Positions 38,704 to 48,800 of a stretch of DNA of 64,000 nucleotides are shown here, one piece after another. Positions within the stretch are counted from its first letter, which is position 1. Each line of letters begins with the position of its first letter. The notes under the pieces were generated by a model. That model did no database searches. It was not told the origin of the DNA and saw only the letters and a program-made list of their open reading frames with translations. The position numbers and the translations under genes are program-made. Origin of the DNA: a virus (Duplodnaviria; Caudoviricetes); the IMG/VR virus record IMGVR_UViG_3300009868_000002, positions 1 to 64,000 of that record; one strand, 5' to 3'.

Positions 38704-40051
38704 AAACTTATCATTTGCCGCTGCCGCTAAGAAAATAAGTGATAAGTATCCTGAAAGAGATACTTCAGGCATCGCCGAGCGCAGCTTTATGGCGGAGATG
38801 AATGAGCTCATGCGCCATCAGGAGATGCTGAAGCTGAAGGAGAATGCCGGTAAGGCTATCCAGAAATACCGTCAGCCTGTAGAAGCTTCAGCCTACGCCA
38901 AGAAGGCATACGGCGACTGGCTAGATACGGAGCCTTATGATTGGGAGCTTCCTAATCCTTGGACGGGAGTAGACATGGCGATGAATCCTGTAGTGCCTGT
39001 ACTTCCACTAGCCAGCAAGCTAAAGCCTTTGACGGGAAGCGCTGTTACCAGCCTTCCTACTTATCCTAATGATAACACGGGAATTAATACAGACTTTTCT
39101 GATGTAGGGCTCAACAAGTCTGCACCGCTGCCAGAAATAAAATACCCTACCGATAATACAGGTATTCCTGCAGGATGGGAAAATGTAAATGCTACAGGGC
39201 CAAATATTGCTACCTACAAACCGGGAGAGCCTATCATTAAGGAGCCTGCTGCAGGGGCCGGTAAAGTATCCAAGTTTGAAGACTGGCTAAAGAATAACGT
39301 CTACTCTCCCCTCACTGTCGGCAAGGGAGTGGAAGCACTTGGCAAGCTCGCCATGCTGGCAACAGGATATGATAAAGCAGTACCCCAGTATAACCCCTAC
39401 GAAAGTAAGATTCGCCAGCTGATGGAAACCAGGGGCGTAGATTTAACACAAGCCAAGCAGGATATACTATCCAGCGAGAACGCCGCCATACAGGGGCTTA
39501 ATGATGTACGTAGTACCAATGTCAGGACTGCACTGGCACAGAATATACGAAACAGGAGTGCTGATGCACTGGCGCGTACTAGCATGCAGCAACAGCAGCT
39601 AAAGTCACAGCAGCAAATGGAATATGCCAATACGCTGGACGTGATGGGTCGCCAGCGGGTACAAGCGGAGAATTACGCCGAGCAGCTAACGCAGCAAAGT
39701 AAAGCTGGATACCAGATGGGACTACAAAACATTCTGGAAAGCGTAGGCGGTACAGGACAGAAGCTTACCGACTATAGGGCCAACATCGCACAGCAGCGCC
39801 TGATTAACTCGGTATTGCAAACAGCTGACTTCAAATTAGGCGACCCCAAGGGACTTATCGAGAAAGCTATTCGGGGACAGGAAGTGGATATCAACGATGC
39901 TATACGAATCAATCAGGATATAGCCAGTGGCACTATTACCCCCGAAGAGGGATATAAGCAGCTGGAAGAGCTGACGGCGGCACACCGACAGCGTACAGGT
40001 GCTTTGACGACGCAGGCTTACGGGGGTTGGCTAAAGAAAATGACTAAGTAA
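38672..40051 (+). CDS. Virion cargo protein, C-terminal part
   Basis: Begins ...SFAAAAKKISDKY; Gln-rich coiled coil; no Cys. Confidence 0.65.
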   Translation: MKKGTVVDKYKNLSFAAAAKKISDKYPERDTSGIAERSFMAEMNELMRHQEMLKLKENAGKAIQKYRQPVEASAYAKKAYGDWLDTEPYDWELPNPWTGVDMAMNPVVPVLPLASKLKPLTGSAVTSLPTYPNDNTGINTDFSDVGLNKSAPLPEIKYPTDNTGIPAGWENVNATGPNIATYKPGEPIIKEPAAGAGKVSKFEDWLKNNVYSPLTVGKGVEALGKLAMLATGYDKAVPQYNPYESKIRQLMETRGVDLTQAKQDILSSENAAIQGLNDVRSTNVRTALAQNIRNRSADALARTSMQQQQLKSQQQMEYANTLDVMGRQRVQAENYAEQLTQQSKAGYQMGLQNILESVGGTGQKLTDYRANIAQQRLINSVLQTADFKLGDPKGLIEKAIRGQEVDINDAIRINQDIASGTITPEEGYKQLEELTAAHRQRTGALTTQAYGGWLKKMTK

Positions 40052-42825
40052 TGGCATTAGCACGAGGAACAATCATAAAGCCGGTAGAGATAAACCTCCC
40101 GGTATTGCAGGCCCCCACAGAGCTTATGTATCAGGCCATGATAGGGATGCAATCGGAGAAGGATATGTATAGTGCTCTAGCGTCCACTACCCCTAAAGCA
40201 CGTACCGTTGATGAGCCTTGGCGTCAGGAGTATACCAAGTACGTGCAGGACTTGAGCGATAGTGTAGCACAGGCTTTTGCCAGTGGCAATACGGAGTACG
40301 CCATGAAGTCGCTGCGCAAAGCTAAGACGAATGTACAGGAGTTGTGGAAACCTGGGGGATTGGCTTATGCGTTGGAAGAAGGCGCTATCGCTGAAGCCAC
40401 TGAAATAGCGCGTATCAAGGAAGCACACGAGAAAGACCCTACAGGTGCTGGTAATATGATGTTTGCGCTAAAGCGCTTTAGGCAGGGACAGCAGCCACTA
40501 AACTATGATTACGAAACAGGGCAGTACAATAGAGTAGGACAAGCAGACTTATATAGGCATGTAGTTATCCCTGCTGAATTGCAGGAGCTGGCAAAAGCTA
40601 CAGTACCCGACTTAACAGAACAGGATTTTGTTACAGGGGCATGGATAGAGAAAATTAAGACAAAAAATGTACCGCCGGAGAGGCTGGCAGGACTATTCGA
40701 TGCTTTTATTGCACGCCCCGATGTACGTAGTCAGCTGGAAGTAGATTACTTTTCTTCTACCGGCATCGATTTAGCAGACTATGACTTCAAGGGTATGGAC
40801 TTATCGACTCCTGAAGGTGCCAAGAAATTCGAGTTTGTAGCTATCACTAAAAATGCGCTGGATAAGAATTATAAAACTACTAAAGATGTATATACTGCGA
40901 TGTCGGATACCGACAAGCAGAAATATCTTAAGGAGTTAGGATACTATAAGGGAAAGATTGACGGTGCGTTTGGAAAACTCAGTAAGGAAGCTGAAGAAGC
41001 TTACCTTACGCAGCTGGAAAAGAGCTATACGAATAATGTTACCTCCCTCTTGGAAAATCCCAGAAGGTATCTTATTGAAGATGTTGCTGCAGCAGGGCAC
41101 CGCCAGATGTTCTTTAACTTATTTGGCAAGGAGTACAGCCATACGCTGAAGGAAAATCCCTACTACTTGGAGAATCTGCGATTTTCCCATCGCAAGGCAT
41201 TGCAAAAGAACTGGTACGATTTAAAGCAGCAATATGTTTTGCCACAAACAGATACTACTACTGTTGCTCCTGGTCCTGCCATAGACTTCGATACTACACT
41301 GCAAAACATGATTGATACTGCTACTGGCAGGGAGAAAGCTGCTAATAATATGCTCGGCAATATCATGAAGCAGCCTGATGTCGTAGCAGTATTAGGCACT
41401 AAAGGACTGGGGAAAGAAGACGTTATCAAGCTTACAGAGCTTTGGGAGAAAGCACAAGGTATGGCAAATCCCAAGCAATATTTCAATAGCCAGGCTTATG
41501 GAATTATTCCTGTAGGTGCCAATCTGGAGAAGATGTACGACTTCATAGGTACCAAAGGAGGAGAACTTGGTAGTATCGTTAACGATATGGAGTCTGCTGC
41601 TATTGAACGTAGTAGGCTACAAAAAGTAGAGTCTGAAATAGTCATAGAAACAGGAGCATTAAATGATAGTTATAGTCAGTTAAAAGACAAGTTACCGGAA
41701 GGAACTACTATACAGCAGTTTGCTGATATGGTACAGCGTGCATCAAAGATGACGGTAGATGAAATACGCGCTAATCGAGAACTTGCTATATTCGCCTCAA
41801 AGAAATCATCGCATCCTGAAGCTATAGAATGGGAGAATGAAGCTACACAGCTTTGGAGAAAAACTAAAAAAGAAGTAACAAAAACAATCAAGCAGACAGG
41901 CAAAGTACCTCAAGCCTTGACTTCTTTAGTACTGCATGCTACCAGTCCTAAAGACCCTATAGCTATAGCTAATAAGCAAATGTCCGGGATGCTGAATGCC
42001 AATAAGCATGTCTTTGTTGATGCTGCCACGGGAGTCACTGGAGAGCTTACTGCTATAGGAGACAGTAAGGCTGTTAACGTAGATGCTATTGATATGAGCA
42101 AGGCTACTGCCGCCATGACTACTATTGCCGGTAAGCCTGTAATTCAAATCACTACTCCTGCAAATAGCAAGGGAGATAGCAAAGTATATCAAGTAGAAGT
42201 TCCTTCGCAGAATAGCAACATGCGGGATATTGCTCTTGGAGCAATACGCCAGAAAGTAGCTATGGCACTGAATAACGGAGATACCAAAATGCTGCTGCAC
42301 TATTCCAGCATCCTTAGTCAGGTAGGACTTACTGATACTGATATGGGGTATAGGGCTATAGAGGTTAACAACCGTATAGCGATAGACCCTGATGAAGCTC
42401 CCGTTACTACTGCCAGTGGAGGAAAGCTGTCATCTGCCTATACTCCTGTCAAGTCCGTATCTATGCAAGACAGAGTAGGAAACGAATACACTTATAACAT
42501 TATCACCTGGGGCAACGATAATGGCAAGCGTTGGGGCATTACATTTGGCAATACGCTGCTGGGCCCAGTGCAAATAGCCGATACAGAAGCAGGTCTAGGC
42601 GTAACGTTTGATAATACCAGAAGTGTCTCCGATTCTGGCTATACCAGGTATGAAGATGTGCTTACAGCATTGGAAGCAGTAAACCAGGGCATGAACCTTC
42701 CTGTAGAAGAAGAATTGAAAAAAGCTGCTGCTGGCGCTGCAATGCAAACGGGAGAATCCGAATCAGTAGAAATGAATATTCCTGCCTACATGTTTCAGGA
42801 CATGGGAATAGGAGAAGAAGAATAA
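40051..42825 (+). CDS. Virion cargo / ejection protein with peptidoglycan-binding-like motif
   Basis: 924 aa, no Cys; LKELGYYKGKIDGAFGKLSKEA. Confidence 0.65.
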   Translation: MALARGTIIKPVEINLPVLQAPTELMYQAMIGMQSEKDMYSALASTTPKARTVDEPWRQEYTKYVQDLSDSVAQAFASGNTEYAMKSLRKAKTNVQELWKPGGLAYALEEGAIAEATEIARIKEAHEKDPTGAGNMMFALKRFRQGQQPLNYDYETGQYNRVGQADLYRHVVIPAELQELAKATVPDLTEQDFVTGAWIEKIKTKNVPPERLAGLFDAFIARPDVRSQLEVDYFSSTGIDLADYDFKGMDLSTPEGAKKFEFVAITKNALDKNYKTTKDVYTAMSDTDKQKYLKELGYYKGKIDGAFGKLSKEAEEAYLTQLEKSYTNNVTSLLENPRRYLIEDVAAAGHRQMFFNLFGKEYSHTLKENPYYLENLRFSHRKALQKNWYDLKQQYVLPQTDTTTVAPGPAIDFDTTLQNMIDTATGREKAANNMLGNIMKQPDVVAVLGTKGLGKEDVIKLTELWEKAQGMANPKQYFNSQAYGIIPVGANLEKMYDFIGTKGGELGSIVNDMESAAIERSRLQKVESEIVIETGALNDSYSQLKDKLPEGTTIQQFADMVQRASKMTVDEIRANRELAIFASKKSSHPEAIEWENEATQLWRKTKKEVTKTIKQTGKVPQALTSLVLHATSPKDPIAIANKQMSGMLNANKHVFVDAATGVTGELTAIGDSKAVNVDAIDMSKATAAMTTIAGKPVIQITTPANSKGDSKVYQVEVPSQNSNMRDIALGAIRQKVAMALNNGDTKMLLHYSSILSQVGLTDTDMGYRAIEVNNRIAIDPDEAPVTTASGGKLSSAYTPVKSVSMQDRVGNEYTYNIITWGNDNGKRWGITFGNTLLGPVQIADTEAGLGVTFDNTRSVSDSGYTRYEDVLTALEAVNQGMNLPVEEELKKAAAGAAMQTGESESVEMNIPAYMFQDMGIGEEE

Positions 42826-42826
42826 T

Positions 42827-45800
42827 ATGGCTAAAGTAACCAGACCAATCGCTAATCTCAATCCTATTACAGGACAGCCTATACTTCCCCCTGCTGATGC
42901 AGGATATAAGTTTGGACAAGTGCAGGCAGGAGGAGGCTTTGCACCTTGGAGTGATATAGACTTATCGGAGTTCAGGCGGCTGGTTCCTATTCCAGTACTC
43001 ACTGGAGATGAAGCTGTTGACTACGCACGGCTAACTGAAGAGAGGGCGCAAAATCAGTCTACCTTTGAGCAATATCGCAATGGCGTAATAAAGTGGGCTG
43101 GTAAGACGGCAACAGCACTCATTGGTGGCTTAGCGACTGTCCCTTATACTATCGGTGTAGCAGGACTGCAGCTTGCCGACATCGCTATCCCCGGCAACGT
43201 GGTAAAGTGGAGCGACATCTATAACAACGCTTTTCAGCGCTCTTTGGATAGTGCTAACCAGTGGATGGACAAAAACCTGCCTAACTACTATACCAAGGCA
43301 CAGCAGGAGATGGGACTGGGTAGGCAGATGCTTACTGCCAACTTCTGGGCTAACGATTTCCTCGGTGGCATGTCATTCATGACGGGTGCTATCTTGAGTG
43401 AGATTACGGCATCCTATCTTACAGCACTTACCTTTGGTGCTGCTGCTCCTGCGCAGATGATGATAACGCAGGGTATCCTGGCACGTACCGCCAAGCTAAT
43501 GAAGATGCTGCAGCGTACTGCTCCCATCGACGACGTCATCAAGGGATATGCAGCACTTGGTAAGTCGGGAGCAGCATTTCAGAATATACAAGGACTGCGC
43601 AGCATCATTACGGGTGCCGGATATGAAGCGGGCGTCGAAGCACGCCACTTTATCGATGAAGCAGAACGTGATATGATTAGCAGCTTTGTCGACGCTGAAG
43701 GCAGGGAGCCTACAGCAGAAGAGCATGCTTCGATGATGGATAGGATAACCAGGCAGGCTAATGGCGTCTTCGCTACCAACCTGGGACTGGTAGGTGCCTC
43801 TAATGCCGCGATTTTTACCAAGACATTTGCTCCCCTACGCAACATGATTGGCAAGGCGCTGCGTATGGGCCCTGCTCCTATAGCGGGTGGCGTGCTCTCT
43901 CCCTTCGTCAAGGAAGGAGAGAAGCTGGCAGCACGGGAGATAGGGAATTGGGAGAAAGCATTGGTATCTGCCTATAAGCTCGCCAAGAAGCCCTTCATCG
44001 AAGGTGTATGGGAAGAAGGTTTGCAGGGCGTAACAAGCTCGGCAGCAGTGGATTACGTCATGAAGAAGTACAGCCATGATGGTGGTGATGCTACTTACTC
44101 TATGGCAGAAGCTATTACCAAGGGATTTGAGCAGGCTTACGGCACCAAGGAAGGACAAAAGGAAGTGCTCATTGGTGCTATCATGGGGTTGATAGGCAGT
44201 CCTATTACCCGATTTGAAGGCAGCTCCATCAAAGATGTAGTAAACTACCTACGTCAGGGCGATGCCAACAAAGCATTCGCTGAACGCTATAATAACGTAC
44301 AGACGCTACCGACGATACAAGCAGCCGTGAAGTCTACCATTCGTGGCCATGAGCTGAATCAGGAAATGGATTACGCCATTGACAGGGATGACTTCTTCAA
44401 AGCCAAGAACGCTGAAGATGATGGTATCTTTAACCTGCTGCAGATGCGCTACGATTCAGGCTATCTCGACCAGGTTGTTGACGACTTCGACGACGCTGTA
44501 AGAGATTACTTGGCCAATAGCGAAGAAGACGGCTACAAGAAGATGGCGGCAGACTTTGGCTTCGACCCCAGCACGTCGGTAACGGAGATGAAGGATAGGC
44601 TCAAAGAGGTGAGGGCAGGGCTGGAGATGAAGGTAGAGGCTTTCCGCAAAGCCAAGCAGAACGCCAAGGATGCTCTTATCCGCCCTGATGCCGACTTGGA
44701 AGAAGGGCTGACATATACGCTATATAACATCGGCAGAAAGAGCGAAAGGGAAAAAGAGGTAGCCAGTGAGATACAGCGCATAGTAGGTGATGTCGATACC
44801 AGAGAGTTGGAAGATATACGTAACTCCAACTTGTCGATATTGTTCTCCCGTAACTGGAAGAAGACGTTTGAGAGTGAGCGTGGCAATCTTCTCGACGAGA
44901 TGGATACTATGGAGAAGGACTTGGCAGAAGCACGCCAGAATTACGATAAAGCGCAAAAGAAGTTTGAAGATAAGATAAAGAGACTAGGAAAGCGGCGTAC
45001 TCCCAAGACAGCAAAGGAGATAGAAGATATCAACAAGCTGCCAGAAGAGCAGCGTGAGCTATTGCGCTATCAGGAAACAGGTTATACACAGGAGCTGCTG
45101 GATATCGAGTCTTCTATTACTAAGCTAGAAGATAATATCGAGAAGCAGCGTAAGAAAATCGCCGCCAAAGTAGCTAAGGAATACCAGGACCGCAACAATA
45201 CGTCTATTCCCTACGACATGGATTCTGTGGAATTTGAGAATCTCGTCGACAGGGCACTAGCGCTGCGTAAGAAGCTGGAAGTACACTACAAAAGCAATCC
45301 TGTAAATAAGAAGAAGCTAAAGCTCCTATTCGACGACTTGCATAGGCTTTCTGCTTATCGTCAGCGCCAGATTATGGAATATAACATGCTGGTTAGCCAG
45401 CCAGGTGCCGAAAACTTTCTGGAGAACGTCGCTGAGTTACGCTCTCTTATCGAGCAGGAGATTAATAGTGGTGCAGAAGCACAGCTAAAGAGAGCCGATA
45501 AGCTGTTTGCTAACAAGGCACGCGTCAAGAAGCTTATCGCCAGATACTATAGCGACGTAAGCCCTGAAACCAAAGATGCGCTGCTGGAGACATTCAAAAG
45601 CTATGTCCCTACCGCCGATGAGATGGCGGTGGAAGCAGCAACAAGACAAGGCCCTGATGCACTCAATGCCCTCATCGAAGGTGCTACGAAGGTATCGGCA
45701 GGGCATCAGTATGTAAGCAACCTATTTCGTACGATGCCCCAGTGGATGCGTGCTGGTAACGCCGCCATGCAGGCAGAGAAGCAGGCAGCAGAGCAAGCAG

Positions 45801-48800
45801 TCCAGCAACAGCAGGAAGAACCTAAAGAAGAAGGTGGCATTCCTGTGCCTCCTGGCAGCTTTAAGAAGCAAGAAGGTGCAGCACCTATATCCCCGTCGAC
45901 GACTACCGAAGGGGCAGTGAAACCGCCTGCAGGATTTACAGCACCAGGAGCTGCCAAGTCTTTTGTTGCAGAAGTAACAGAAGGGGAAAAGCCGCCAGAG
46001 GGATTTACCGCTGCTCCACCTACTGCTCCCCCTGCTGGATTTACAGCACCTACAGCGACGCCGCCACCTAAAGGATTTACAGCAGGAGAGCCAGAGACTA
46101 AGGGAGGTAGGCAAGTAGCGGTAACTAACCCCAATGAGCTGCTATGGATATGGAATGACTATCCCGAAGCACGCAATCAGGAATTATGGGAAGAATCTTT
46201 CGATGAAGCTACAGGCAGAGGTATACGCGAGTACCCCGATGCCACCAAGAAGGCGATGCGGGCATATACCGCCAAGCCAAAGGCATCGAATCTACAGCTA
46301 CGTATCGAAGAGTGGAATCCTGCTGCAGAGAATCTGGAGCCCGAAGTACGCATTACCGACGATGTGGTGATGATGCGTACTTATCTGCGTGGTGGCAAGC
46401 ATTGGAGAGCACGTCTCTTTGTGCGGGAAGATGCTAACGATGAATGGCATGAGGTGGGCAGCTTGCTCAACCCCAAGCGCTATGTCAATAACGATGGAGT
46501 GCCTTTCGACTTGACGGACCCCGAGCAGCGCTCCACCCTTAATCCTGCCTTTAAAGAAGGCGAGCAGGGTGAGAAGCTTTCTACGATGTATGAGAAGCTG
46601 ACGAAGGAAGAATCGCTATGGAGCTGGATAGACAGCCAGATTGATAAAGGAGGCGCCACTGTTACGGGGACTCCCTTGCAGGTGGTATTTGGCAAGTCCG
46701 ATGTGCACGTGAAGATGTTTAACTTCAGCATCAACCACGGTGGTACCGTGATGCGCTGGCAGGAAAAGCACGGTGGACAGTCTATTGAAGAGAAGTTTCC
46801 CCCCGATATCTATGGACGTGAAGTTACCATCAAGGGTAAGAAAACCAAGGCGATAATCTATATCGACAAGAAGACGAATACCGCTACCGGAGAGACTAAA
46901 TTTAACTACACTTTCCTGCATTACGACGAGGACGGCAACAGGATGTATAGCGAACCAACGCCGGAGCAGTCACAGGAAATCTACGCTGAAGATAAGGCAT
47001 TACGAGAGAATAAGCAGAATAAGGCTTACCGTGTGCAGGATAAGATTATACTGTTTGAATACGATGGCCACAAAGAATGGAGTGGTGTCATGAATCCTCC
47101 TGTTGATGCAGAGGCTGTTAAAGCTGTAGATGCAGAGTTGGAGCGCATCTTCACCAAAGATGAAGAGGGACTATACCCCCATCAGCGGGAAGAGGAATTC
47201 GAGGAAGGCAAGGGACGACAGGTAGCGCTGCTTCCCAAGGATGAAGACAGGTATATTTCGGTGCTGGCGTATGATAATGCCAGTGGTAAGGGCAACCTGC
47301 TCAAGGGCATACATATCAGCCTACAGATGTGGGTGAATAAGCTCAAGAATGCCGATGCTTCCAAGCTGCTGGGAGGTCCTACTTCCTACTTCAACGTAGA
47401 GTTAGGCATCGAGATGAATGATACCTGGGTGAACTTCATCGTCAGCCGTACAGAAGACGGTGTTTTCTACATGGAGCCCAAGGATAGCAGGGGCGTAAAG
47501 TATCGTACCTACATCGGCCCTAACATAACGATGGAAGGCATCCTCAATGCGCTCCATACAGAAGAGTATATGAAGAGTGCTCCTACCAAGTCGAAGATTG
47601 CCAACTACCTGGAAGGCAAAGCAAAAGCTTGGGGAGTACCTGGATTTTACATCAAAGGCACTGGATACAGACAGGGCAACCAGCAAGGCAGGTCAGTCGC
47701 AGCATTCGATGCACTAGCGCTGATGTCTCCCAATCCTTCTGCTTTTCTGGATATGGACTTGAAAGAAGAAGAGGAGATAGGTGCTGTGCAGGAATTTCTG
47801 GAAGGACAGGAGCAGAAAGAAGCTGAGGAAGAAAAGAAAGAAGAGGTACCTGCAAAAACAGAAGCTCCTGCAACAAAAGGATTTACAGTAAACCTGCAAT
47901 CTACCCGTGGCGAGGATGATGATGTTCCCTTCAAGATTGTCCCTAACGTTTCCGACAAGGAGCTTACTACCTTCGATGAGGCTAAAGCTAATATACAGTC
48001 TATCCTCAATATCGACGTCAAGGATATAGATACCGTCGTCGGCAACATCGCTAACAAGGGCATCACGGTAGGCGCCTTTATGTCGAACGTCGTCTACCTA
48101 TCCAAGAAAGCATTACCCAAAGGTACAGAGTGGCATGAAGCTTTTCACGTCGTCTTCCGTACCTTCCTTAGCAACTCACAGATTAGCCACTACCTGGGAT
48201 TGGCAAGAGAGCGCTATACGCTGCCCAGCAAGGAAGCATTAGAGAAATTCAGGGAGCAGGCTGCCAACCGTAAAGACTTGACGGCTAAGCAGCTGGAAGA
48301 CTTGTGGCTGGAGGAGAAGATGGCCGATGACTTTGCAGACTTTCAGGCACACCCTGCCAGCTATACCAGGACGAAGAAACACAATAATGCTTTCGTCAGG
48401 CTATGGAATGAGCTGCTGAAATGGTTAGGGCTCTATAGCGAGCATGCCGACGAGATTGAAGCGCTCTTTAGCGACATCAGCATTGGCAAGTTCCGTACGG
48501 CTACTCCCGTGTATAACATCTTCAGGCTCCGCAAAGAGGCGGCATGGCTCAACTATCCTACTATCGAGATAGCGGAGAACGATATCCTTCCTGTCTTCGA
48601 CGCCAAGACGGTTAGTAGCGACGTACACATGCTTGCTGCATTGGTGTACAGGCAGCTGACAGCACAGGGCATTGACGGATTTAATAAGTACCACATCTCT
48701 GCCATTCTGGATACCATGCGCGACAGGTTCAACCCCGAGCGCTGGGATAAGAGGCTTGGTGGTGCTGTCGATGTAGCAGAGGCAGACAGGAATGCACTAT

